DNA of 64,000 bases, from the NCBI GenBank assembly GCA_017499595.2, contig CM039000.1:3844001-3908000 (forward strand), given 5' to 3'. The notes beneath the pieces are model-generated. The model ran no database searches, was not told the origin of the DNA, and worked only from the letters and a program-made list of their open reading frames with translations. Below are positions 53,258 through 64,000 of the stretch, in pieces (positions within the stretch are counted from its first letter, which is position 1; every line of letters begins with the position of its first letter). The stretch comes from Psilocybe cubensis (lineage: Eukaryota). Position numbers and translations under genes: made by a program.

Positions 53258-55378
53258 TCAGCCTATATGAAATAGTCGTACATCCTTTGGATGAGCTCTC
53301 TTTACCGCTGTCCCCTCCATAATCCCATGTAAATAGCATTCTCCAATTAATTCCCATTGATTGTTCTCTCTGGGTCGTAAGACGAATGGGACTTCCCCTC
53401 CTTGAAATATGCAAACGACATCACCTGGCTTGCTGTTGTCTGGAGCCATTCCCAGAAAACCTCGTTCCGTAATGATGAACGAGCGCTCTGAAGAAACTAT
53501 CGCCATTCTAGCTTGAAAAAGACCCATCTCCAAAAACAAAGGGGAGTGGTAACTCAAACCGGCAGGTACAGGGCGCCTTTTGGTCAGTACTTCGTAAGAG
53601 ATGTTGGCCTCTTTGGGAGGAAGGACAAGGCCATGCTCTCCTCTGAATCGGTTACCGATTAATGTCTTCCAAAATGCTCTGTAGCGAGCAGCTGGCGTTC
53701 CATAAGGGTTTTCCTTGTGGGCGGCTACATACCGTTGCCATCGAATGGTTGCCTCAAGTAAGCTAAGTTCGTCTTCTTTGGTTGAGCGCGATAGGTGATC
53801 AAGATAAATACTGTCTGATTGTTGGTAAATATTGCTTTGAGGTGCAGGGTCGGCCAACGAGACGGTATCAAACAGTAGGCCGCGTACCGTGAGGATGTCT
53901 GAGTTGTCAGATACAGTTGCGCACATCCCAACGTTAGGTAACTCTTCTGCCCGAAGAAACAAAGAAACAAGCTGTTTAGATACCACAGAAATGGGTGAAG
54001 GCATGCGGCTTAAAATGGGATGAATGAGTCTTTCCCAAGTTGCTGGCTTGTCACTAGCATGAAAGAATGACGCAGTAAATCCACCGGAGAGCTGGCTAAA
54101 GCCATAAGAAGAAAGATCTGGTACCCAGGAGGGTATATCCATCGACTTCCGACTGCGTGCTTGGACAAATTGGAGCGGTTGTAGGTTGTTTTGAGATTTT
54201 ATCACATACTCTACTGCCTCTTTGTATACCTGCCCATCTGTTTTACGCTGCGTATAGTCGACCTTGATCGCTTCTCTATCTGACGACGTGCAAAGGCCTA
54301 AGATGCCGTATACTTTGTCTCGTGGCATAGTCGAACTGAAAGAGAGCGTTGCTATGATCGCTTCCCAGATGCCCATCCCTTTCTCGGCTTGTAATTCCTT
54401 CCTTGTGAAGGGCCAGTTTGCGAGGAGCCTATAGAAAGGAATAGTGGGAGGGATAAAAGTCCACCTAGATGAAGTCTTATATTTATCCTCGAATGTAGGG
54501 TCATTTCTCATCCTCCGCCTCAGCAAATGTTCCTTAAATGCTAACCGAGAAAATGTTTCAAAGGGTATCTCGTGTTGTCCACATTTTGCGATAATATTTT
54601 TGGAAAGGAGGACCTCCTGAATGACCCAGACACGACTCCACCATGAACGCGCAAAAAGAGCTTGCAGAGGGCCCCAAGGGGGTTGAATATCCTCAATTCT
54701 GAGATCGGGATCATCGACCTTGAGATTGTCCGTTGAAGCGATGAATTGGAAAGCTTTCTCGCTTTCATCTGCGGCCGGACCCAGCCAAACGATAGTTGTC
54801 TTCGCTTGGGAGTATATCTTACGCATCAGGTTGACCTGGTGCTCCTTTTCTTCATTATCTTCTTGGTTGATACAGACTGCATCCACCCATATGACCAGTG
54901 GTAAGTTGGGATGTCGTAGATGTTGTAGTGCTGATCTAAGATTGGGTGTAACTGGAATGCGATGCTTGTCAATGATGATAGTAGGAACGTGTATGCGATG
55001 ATTCTCGGTCCATTCGCGAACATACTGCACCACGCCGCGATATGACCACATAGAGGCACTGCGACGAAATGGGGTACCCCATGTATACGACAATGCTGTG
55101 TAGCTTGGTTCTCGCTCCAGAGAAGCGACGGCCAAGGAACAATGAATGTCACCAGAGCCTTGACCAGGATGCAAAACAAGAAGGCGTATACTGTTCCTGC
55201 TGGGGTCCAGTGGAAGATACAACGGGATATGTGTGTCGTTTAATTGCAATTCCCTCTGCTTGAAGCGAGGTTGCTTCGGTACCAGATAATGATCACAGGG
55301 CTTGACGACTCCATCGTATCTGTTAAATGAAAGAATGGCGAGAGCAAGTGACGTTGAAACGCTCAGAAGTGAGGCCAT
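53258..55378 (-). CDS. Intronless HET-domain (heterokaryon incompatibility HET-6-like) protein
   Basis: IRLLVLHPG, YTALSYTWG, VTPNLRSALQHLR, IWVDAVCINQEDNEEKEHQVNLMRKIYSQA, WWSRVWVIQE, RDKVYGILGL, PSWVPD and GECYLHGIMEG. First in-frame ATG at 55378 assumed as start. Confidence 0.9.
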   Translation of the reverse strand: MASLLSVSTSLALAILSFNRYDGVVKPCDHYLVPKQPRFKQRELQLNDTHIPLYLPLDPSRNSIRLLVLHPGQGSGDIHCSLAVASLEREPSYTALSYTWGTPFRRSASMWSYRGVVQYVREWTENHRIHVPTIIIDKHRIPVTPNLRSALQHLRHPNLPLVIWVDAVCINQEDNEEKEHQVNLMRKIYSQAKTTIVWLGPAADESEKAFQFIASTDNLKVDDPDLRIEDIQPPWGPLQALFARSWWSRVWVIQEVLLSKNIIAKCGQHEIPFETFSRLAFKEHLLRRRMRNDPTFEDKYKTSSRWTFIPPTIPFYRLLANWPFTRKELQAEKGMGIWEAIIATLSFSSTMPRDKVYGILGLCTSSDREAIKVDYTQRKTDGQVYKEAVEYVIKSQNNLQPLQFVQARSRKSMDIPSWVPDLSSYGFSQLSGGFTASFFHASDKPATWERLIHPILSRMPSPISVVSKQLVSLFLRAEELPNVGMCATVSDNSDILTVRGLLFDTVSLADPAPQSNIYQQSDSIYLDHLSRSTKEDELSLLEATIRWQRYVAAHKENPYGTPAARYRAFWKTLIGNRFRGEHGLVLPPKEANISYEVLTKRRPVPAGLSYHSPLFLEMGLFQARMAIVSSERSFIITERGFLGMAPDNSKPGDVVCIFQGGEVPFVLRPRENNQWELIGECYLHGIMEGTAVKRAHPKDVRLFHIG

Positions 55379-55986
55379 TTGACACAAACATGGATTCTGA
55401 AGTTGTTCTGAAGCAAAACAGGGAGGTACTAGCTCCTGCCATCTTGATTCTTTAGTCTTTCGTTGCCAGCAGGTTTCCACGATGTCAGGAATCACGGCAA
55501 GCTGGATGAGTCACACAGGAGATGAGAAATATTCAATTGTTGTGATATCCCTTTACTGTGCTCCTCCGTGATGTGAATGGTCCTGTTTAAAGGAATTTCC
55601 TTTAGGCTTGGAGCTTTTGAGTTCTGAAAAAGTCCAGCAGTCAAATTCTGTTGAATTAGCCAGGGCTGAGGGTGCTTCACAATTGCCGCTTTCATGGTAT
55701 ACTATTTTGAGAAAACCCTTGGCAGTGTTTTACTGATAAATTGTCGAGATGATTGCCTAGTGTACACATCGCTCACCTTGATAAGCCACGGTGGCACAGT
55801 AGCTCTCAGTAGGAGCCTGAATCTCGCATAAAAGTGGCATAAAAGAGTGTTGTAGTCTAAGTGAAATTTAATCTGAGCTTGAAGATGTGGCCGTATCTTG
55901 CCCGATGTGTCAGCAGGTTTTAAACTCAGAGCGCCTGATGAACAACATTTGCCGCCGCGGCTCTCTAGGACAACGACGGCCATACA

Positions 55987-58328
55987 ATGGCCTCTGATCA
56001 CCAAGTTGCTCTTACCAGGACACAAAGGATGCCAGCCCCCTCAACGCATATTTCAAAAGCAGCCAGGCAGGTTGTACCGGCCTTTTTGCAGAAACTTTAC
56101 GAGTTAAGTCAGACTATTTTTCATCAAGAATGTAACTGACATGTCTGTTGTGTAGAATGGTCAACGACCCCAACAATGCAGAGCTAATACGCTGGTCGGA
56201 TGCTGGAGACTCATTCTTTGGTGCGTTTCCGTATATGTTCTGTTGGATCAACTCTTAATCGACCGTTTAGTGCTGGATCATGAGCGCTTTGCACACGAAG
56301 TTTTGGGCAGATGGTTCAAGCATCGCAACTTTAGCTCCTTTGTGCGCCAACTGAATATGTATGGTTTCCATAAGATCCCACATCTCCAGCAGGGAGTGCT
56401 GAAAAGCGACACCGAGACCGAGTTTTGGAACTTCGCGCATGCAAACTTCCATCGCGGACAGCCCGACCTTCTGTGCCTCATTCAGCGGAAAAAGCAACCC
56501 CAACAAGGAGAAGATGGAGCGATAGATCTTCGCGATGCTTCTGCCAATGCAGGACTACTTGGTGCCCCCGTTCAGAGCGCAGCTGGCACTGCTTCGACAA
56601 ACCCACCACAAGCAAACGCCACGCTGTCTTCCGGACAGGTTCTCGACGTCAATTCTATCGTGAATGGTATTGCGGCGATAAAACGTCATCAGACGACGAT
56701 ATCTGCAGAACTGAACGAGCTGAAGCGGTCGAATCAAATGCTATGGCAAGATGCCATTGCTGCGCGCGAAAGACATCAGAAACAACAAGATGTCATAAAT
56801 AGGATCCTCAAATTCCTAGCTGGTGTGTTTGGGAATCATGGGGCATCTGGTGGATCTGGAGGTGGTGTGGCCACTGCGTCGCCTAGCCCAGGCACTCGGG
56901 GAGAAGGGGATGGGCAGAATCTTGGCATGGCGAGACGGCGGATGAGATTGATGATAGAGGATGCAAAGAGAGACGGACCTAAGAAAAGTATGGTGGAAGA
57001 GCTGACGAGCATGGATGAGTTTGACTCCAGTACGTGTCTTTTTAATCCAATTTTCTCTGCTCTCACCACCAATAGGTTATCCAACCATTGAAACACCCAT
57101 TTCTATCGCATCTCCGGCGCCATCCGTTGCGATGTCAGATAGAATCACAGTCACAGACGCATCAGCAGCACCTTCCGTGGACTCTTCTTCCTCTTCGGCA
57201 TCAGAGACGACCTTGCCCAGTCAACAACCAGAGCACGAAAACCAAATATCCCGCTCCGTGACACCTGTTCGGCACAACAACCCCTCCTTTGAATTCGACC
57301 CCCGATTACATGGAGTTCTGAATCAATTCACTCCAGCTCAGCTCCAGCAGTTATTGGCGTCCCTCGCTTCACAACCGCCGCTTTCAGATCCCACACCTTC
57401 CTCTTCCAATACATCGACATCGACAATCAATCAGAGCAACAACATGGCTGGTCTCGTTACTCCATACCTGCAACCTTCATTGTTTGATTTTTCGATAAAC
57501 CCTTCTTCGACTACCAACAACCAACCGACGTTCGCCAATGTATCACAACCTACAGGATCAGTTGATGGGTTAATACCATTCGACCAATTCGCCCCTGGAC
57601 CATCAACAACTAGTCAAAATACGAATAACAGCGTGTCAAATCCTCACCAGATACATGAAGAAAGGATGGAACGTCAGTGGCAGGTTGCAGAAGACATTGA
57701 CAAAGATGTTAATGATTTGAATACGAGCATTAACTCTCTGATTCAGACATTCGGCCTTGACCCCTCTTTACTCGAGAATCCAGAAATGGTCACACCTGGG
57801 CAAGATATGGACGATAACATGCAAGGGACGGGTGCAAATGGATCCACAGCACCGTCTGACTTCGACTTCGATTCATTCTTCAACCACTTGTCGTCAGGAT
57901 CTGGCACGAATGGCATGGACATGACTCCTGACAATCCGATGACTGGTGGTGTTGATTATAACGACATGGCATCCACCGCGTTTCTGGATGAGGTGCAGAC
58001 ACCGTCATCGGATATGACCGCGTCGCCTATACAGCCTTTGAGGCAGGTTTCTCCCGGGATAAACTTGGATATCCCTGCTAACGATGTCAACGTCAGTAGT
58101 ACTGGCTTGCATCCTTCGACTAACACGAGTTCGAAACAGTTCAACCTGAACCTGAATGCGAACACGGCTGCAGTGGGAAGGAAACGGAAGTCGGAGATTG
58201 ATTTTGATGCCTTGGACGATGCGATGGACGGTCAGCAAGCAGCGGCCGCTGCGACGACGACAACGACGAGTAAAGTAGCGGCTGTCACTGGGGGTCCTGC
58301 AAAGTCAAAACGCAGGAAGGATAAATGA
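55987..58328 (+). CDS. HSF1: Heat shock transcription factor, multi-exon
   Basis: VPAFLQKLYEMV...LIRWS...FKHRNFSSFVRQLNMYGFHK DNA-binding domain, HR-A/B coiled coil ending ILKFLAGVF and a basic NLS-like C-terminus. Confidence 0.92.
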
Positions 58329-59802
58329 TGTTCTCGATCAAGATGCGTTTTTCACTTTCTTGTTTGACGATACACGACACTCTGCACACTCCGATATCCA
58401 TTTCACCTTTAGCTTTTATGCCATTCTTTTCTCATCCCGTCACGACACATTTCGTCGCATACTTTCGGGAGTGATGTCAATGATCTGCTTTTTCTCTCCG
58501 TTCCTTTTCCCTACCCGCTCTTTTTTTCATCTCAATGTACAACTAAGGACCCAGCATGCAATTCAATCCTGCTCCCTCGCCTCGATTTGCTGTAACAATT
58601 TGCATTTACGTTCTGGTTCACTGTCCACGGTTTAACACTCCATCCCCGCCAACCTACCAATTGCTATTCTTCTCATTTTAGATTAATCACTCTATCGATG
58701 TTCCTTTTGTATCAAATCTCTTGTAATAGTATACTCAAACCACAGAATCAGTTGTATAACTACTGTCGGCAATTATCATGTACGTATTTATTACTTCGCC
58801 TAAACACGAATCAAGATAACAAGTGACCTATGTTCATAAACATCTGCTACCAATTGTATCTTGATTAGTATGCCCTGTTAAAACTTAAGCGCCTGAACCT
58901 GCCTGAACATTCCTATTCGGTGTGTCAAAATGGTCTTCATGGTGGTCAGGATTGATCGAATTAACACATCAGCATGGGGAACGATATATTGACAACGCGA
59001 AAGTAATAAGTCCTTGGGTAGGAATGATCAACACGTCGGCACTCCTTACCTTACTCAGTTATTGACATTGGAGTGACCTATTTTAAGGTTCAAGCCAAGT
59101 TATGTTGAGAAATCGTCTACACCCGACTATCGGTAACATTCATACAAACACTCAAATGGCTTCAGCTGAGCGATTCTGTGCAGTGCACGGTCTCAGATAA
59201 TTCTATTGTCATATGATTCGTTTTCGGTAATTTTGAGACTCTTGGTTAGATCCTGATAAGTCAGAGTGTCTATATCGATGAAAGAGATATTCAAATTTGT
59301 ATTGGCACCCTCGGATCCGATCCTAGTTAGGTTCATATCACACCGCGTTAACTGCCTCCAACAATTGAAGAAGGCTTGTATCAAGGGCTTGGGGGGCGAG
59401 GGAATTAACGAACTCTGTTTTCTGGCAGTACATACTCATGGTGAGTGATCTATCGGCGGCACACTTTTGCCTTTTGTTTATTCCAGCAGATTTTAGATCA
59501 TATATTTCGCTAAAATTCATCAATCTGTAGTTCAGTAGAGTTCAGTGAACATATCACGCAGCTTGGCTGCAATATCCCAAGGTGTTCTGTTGATAAGGAT
59601 CAGCAAAGTTAGCAGTTTGGTAAGTCTCGCCCTATGTTTCTTGAACTTTATACTAATGGAAGGGACTGGACAGTATGAAGAAGTGTGGTAATGATCCTAT
59701 TTTCTAGGATCAAGCGCCATGATTGATAGCATGATTTGTGTGGCTCAAGTCAGAGCGTATGCTATAAAATAGGTGCAGAAGTTGGATGAGCTTTAGTCTG
59801 CG

Positions 59803-61264
59803 ATGATGATTCCCCGCGTCTTATCCTGCTTCACTACTCTCTGCTTGGTCAGTTGTATTGCTGCGTTGAATGTGCAGATAAATAGAACCGAAGCATCTGT
59901 CGATATCTCAAATTTTGCGGACGAGCAAGAGTATATTGCTTTCAACGCAGACGAAGGCTATTGGGGGGATGGAACTCAGTCTTTGAGAAGACAAGTAGGA
60001 GGTTTCAATCACCAACGGCCGTGCAGGAAGCTATCTGTGCGGAAAGAATGGTACCATTTTACTTCAGATATTTTTTGACAGAGTTCTAACGTGCTCTGTT
60101 TCTTCCCATGGCACAGGCGGGATTTGAGTGCAACACACAAGAGAGAATATATAAAGGCTGTCAAATGTCTGTTGACCAAGCGGGCGCTTGATCGCTCGCT
60201 GCCTAGGAAATTCCACCGCTACGACGAATTTACGTATACCCACAGCAACGTCGCAGAGGGTATTCACGGGGTTGTACGTTCATTTACGTTTGAACCGTCT
60301 ATCGTGAACTCTAATTTGTTGGGCATACTTACAGGGCCAGTTCCTTCCCTGGCATCGCCATTTTGGCCACTTGTACGAAAAGGCGCTTCGTGATTGCAGC
60401 TATCGAGGGCCATTCCCGTATGTCATTCATTTTTCGACCAAGTCAAATTACTTTGAAGTTTGAACCTTGATTAATAGATACTGGGACTGGCTGAGGGATA
60501 CTAATGGAACCGCACCGTGAGTAATGAACGTCCAGATTTTATTAGCTATTGTGCTTATCTTCTTCGCGAACTTAGGATAGCTGAATCACCACTTTTTGAC
60601 CCGGTCACTGGCTTTGGGGGAGACGGAGTTCCGGGGACTTACACCCAGCCACCAGATGATGACGGAGCACTGATTCCACTTGTTCCTGATGCAATGAAAG
60701 GTTGCGTTGGGACGGGCCCACTCGTGGGAGCCATATTTCACGTAGGACCCAACCGGCGTCTCACAGATCACTGTCTCAACAGGAACTTCGGAGAGTTCGC
60801 TCGACCTGTGCTCAGCCAGCCGTTCATTGACAATATCGAAAGCCAAACTACGTACGACGACTTTTGGAATGCCTTGGACGGAATACCATTTAAACCAGAC
60901 CTGAGGACTCACGATGGGGGTCATGCATTTGTAGGTGGAGATATGGCAAGCTTCTACACCAGCTCCAATGGTGCGTTGTAATATTCCTGGTGGACATAGT
61001 AGTGCGAGCTCTCTTTGACCATAAACACATCTGATAGATCCCGTCTTCTTCTTGCACCATGCTGGTTTGGATCGTTTATGGTGGAAGTGGCAAACTCAAG
61101 ACCTGCCAAACCGTTTATACCAGATGGGAGGACGTGTCAACATTGCCCCGCCATACGGCCAGGTGACGCTGGATTATCAATTGCCATTTGATATCATTAG
61201 CAGCAGTGTCAAAATTCGTAGCACCATGGACCCTCGTTTGGAACCATACTGCTATACCTACTGA
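59803..61264 (+). CDS. Secreted tyrosinase-like di-copper (type-3 copper) protein, multi-exon
   Basis: Signal peptide, RKEWRDL, CuA H...IH...FLPWHR, PYWDW and CuB HDGGH...SSNDPVFFLHHAGLDRLWWKWQ. Confidence 0.9.
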
Positions 61265-61359
61265 ACTGCTCTCTAGATACTAAAAGTGACACTTTGACTT
61301 TCAACGATTTTGTGATGGATTAGAATAAATCATACCTTATACAAAAAAGCTCTTGACGT

Positions 61360-63413
61360 CTATTGTGCCTCAAACCATACCTCGGCGCTTGCTTTCCCAG
61401 ATCCTTCAGGGGATCGGGAGTCCGGTCCTTCCCTACCCCAGAAACCACCTCGGAATGCAAGACCTTCGTCATCCCCTGTTACCCACTCAACTTCGAAGGC
61501 TTCTTCAAACCCTGTCAGCAGGTCCGCTCCAGACTTATACCCTTCCCGTTCACGGACATCAGCATTTGACCAGAGATTGGTAAGATTGAAAATGTTTCCA
61601 GTGAAGTGGGCCAAGCGGAGGTGTGTGCTGAATGATCTTTTCCAAGGTATAACATATGTAGGGATGGACAAATCAGACGCGCCCAAAATGCGTTGGACGG
61701 CGGTTGATTGAAGGAAGTCACCACAGTGGGAATGAGGCCGATGTGGTTCTGTCTGTCCTGCAATCGAAGATACGGTTTGAGGCGCGAGACAAGGTTTGAG
61801 GGATCCATATGTCGGATGATGGAACGTCTTTTCTGCCAGAGAGGTAAATGGGAGGTTGGGTAAGACTGGAGGAGAGGGGCGAGGAGTCACTTGCTGCGAC
61901 TTGTTGACAGCTTCGTTGTACTTATCTTCAAGTCTGAAGTAGACATGATAAGTGAAGAATTCACTATGAAGAAAAGCTCAATCGACTCACCTATCATTCC
62001 AATCCTTCTCTAGATGAGGAAGCCCGAGCAGCTCATTAGCTATGCGGAACTTGACAGATTCGCTAATGGCGTTTCCTCCTCTCTCGTCATTTGAGAGTGT
62101 GATTATTGCGAAGTTGTTATCCGGAAATCGTGCAACTTGCGTTTTGTACCCAGGATTGCTACCTCCGTGTTCGATGATATCGTGGCCTCTATATGAATAT
62201 CTCCACTGTCCAGCGCCGTAAACTTTGGGACTCTGGGTATCGATTAAGGGAATCTCTGGGGTCCAACTTTTGTAAAGCTTACCAGTTCTGGGTACTGAGG
62301 CTTTCCATGAGAGACTGAACGCCCATGTGCAACATGTTCTACAACCTCCTGCGGAATAACCGTTTCATTGGTAAAGGGATGGCGTCCTCCATTGAGTAGC
62401 ATGGCGACCCAAATAGCCTACGGAACCTCGGGTGAGTAAAAAAGTATCGTTAAGATCAATGTGAGATTACCAAATCCCGGGCAGACGTGAGTACTCCTCC
62501 CGCTCCTGCCCATGTTTTCTCTTCGCCAGGCCTTTGGAAGTATGGGACAGTAGCAATGCGCGTCCCGTTAATTCCTCGGATGGTGTCCTGCATGTCCCAT
62601 TGGAAACCGTCGGCAAGCGTGCCCCATGCTTCGGCTTCTTCGACCGAATAAGTGGAGGATGTCATATTCAGGGGGTTGAAAAGATGTTGAGAGATATAGG
62701 ATTCATATGTCTGGTTGAGAAGAACCTGTGGAAGGTACGATAAAGTCTCGTACATCAAGTTATTGTACTGAAACGTTTCCCGAAACTCAGCAGACGGCCT
62801 AAGGTAGCGCAACGTAGATATCTAAGTATTCGCTATATGTCAACGTTGTAATTACAGATGTATACCAGTAACTCACCATCTCAGCTACACCACCGTTCCT
62901 TTGAACGCCAGAAAGGTCATGTCTAGGCATACCTGTCCTGTGAGATAGCATATCCTGCAGGCTGACTCCTCGATCCATATCGTCGTCCATCAACCCCCAC
63001 TCTGGAATCAAATCGCGTATTTTAGTCGACCATTTGAGTTCTTGGCCTCTCTCCTCCGTTAGAGTCTTATTGGAAATGAGCAAACCAACAGAGAAGGCGA
63101 GAAAAAGTTTGCTATTTGACGCGATTGCAAAGAGAGAATCAGGTGTGACGGGTGATCCGTCGGCCTTTGCCATCCCGTACCCTCCGAAGTCAAAATTCCA
63201 GCCAGTAGTTGATGTTTCGTCCCTTTGTACAACAGCGACTGATAGCCCACTGGAGTTCCATTTGCTGATAAGACTTTCAACATATTGATCCGTATCGCTA
63301 GAAATGAGCTTAGGAGGCCCATTAGACTCAGGCTGGGTGAAGAATGGGACCTGTAAAGCAGAAGAATGCTTGATCCCAAGTATGAGGGTAAATGTCCACG
63401 TCTGTAACCTCAT
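61360..63413 (-). CDS. Secreted beta-lactamase/transpeptidase-fold serine hydrolase (class C-like / peptidase S12), multi-exon
   Basis: Signal peptide, FAIASNSK (SxxK), LSHRTGMP, FQYNN (YxN), AGGVLTSARDL and EHGG. Confidence 0.9.
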
Positions 63414-64000
63414 AATAGAAGTAAACCAGAAGTACTATGGAGTTGTGGGTGTGGTAACCAAAAGAACACCATGTCGTGAGCAAACCTTTTCAACCGTTCT
63501 GAATAATCATTTTCCCACAGGTATAAACGCTGGGATTGTTCAATGCAGCGATGTAAACAAAGTCCAGCGTTAGTATTGCGTTTTAACTTGTTATGGCGCG
63601 CATTTTACCTGACCTCACCTTGTCATCCGACTCACGAGACAATGACTTGGGGTTCGAAAGCCAGGATGGCAGTTGAGGGAACTATGACGTACTACCCCAT
63701 TCATTTTTTTTGGATTCAACTCGTATTCGTTAGGTATAAAGGGAATCAAATTGACGTGGGTGGCAGAAGACTCGAGTCTCTCGGAGCTGCTGCCAGTTTT
63801 GATCGGATGCTCTTTTCTGTCAGAGAACGAGTCAAGAACATACTCTGTCCGTTACTGAGCGTGACAAGCGACGACATGTTATTGTCGACCTCTTCATCGG
63901 TATCCGCCTATCAGTTCTGGAGATGGTTTTACGTTGGTATAGTTGTTTATACTAAATTGCGGTATGCTGATCTTGATTCAGGTTATATCGTACAAGGCCA

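Noticed and set aside
63645-63670. GGTTCGAA T-loop-like motif (also at 25421)
   Set aside because: No T-stem or cloverleaf pairing around it, so no tRNA was called.

Overview
This is eukaryotic, intron-rich fungal DNA. Short GT-AG introns with CTRAC/CTRAT-type branch points and the gene families present point to an agaricomycete mushroom (Agaricales is my inference). About 20 protein-coding genes can be reconstructed: an ABC half-transporter, a membrane-anchored GH5 beta-1,3-glucanase, COG6, a Rab2-like GTPase, mitochondrial ATP synthase epsilon (missed by the ORF track), a dual-specificity phosphatase, eIF4A, an intronless F-box-like protein, an ING/PHD protein, three tandem class I hydrophobins, an Mch-type MFS transporter, fibrillarin, a PMT2-type O-mannosyltransferase, a microexon-rich cytochrome P450, an intronless HET-6-like protein, Hsf1, a secreted tyrosinase-like di-copper protein and a beta-lactamase-fold serine hydrolase. 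Four observations stand out. (1) The MFS gene has an oversized 303-nt intron that folds by eye into a GC-rich three-way junction with mutually exclusive pairings and a cryptic 3' splice site at its base, a candidate splicing-control RNA switch. (2) A 1.65-kb non-autonomous DNA element has terminal inverted repeats, a perfect 9-bp flanking duplication and TGCAC arrays. (3) A two-hairpin H/ACA-like ncRNA candidate lies near 15.3 kb. (4) The intronless HET gene looks ascomycete-like and may be a horizontal transfer. All exon boundaries and RNA folds were read by eye, and no database search or folding computation was run.
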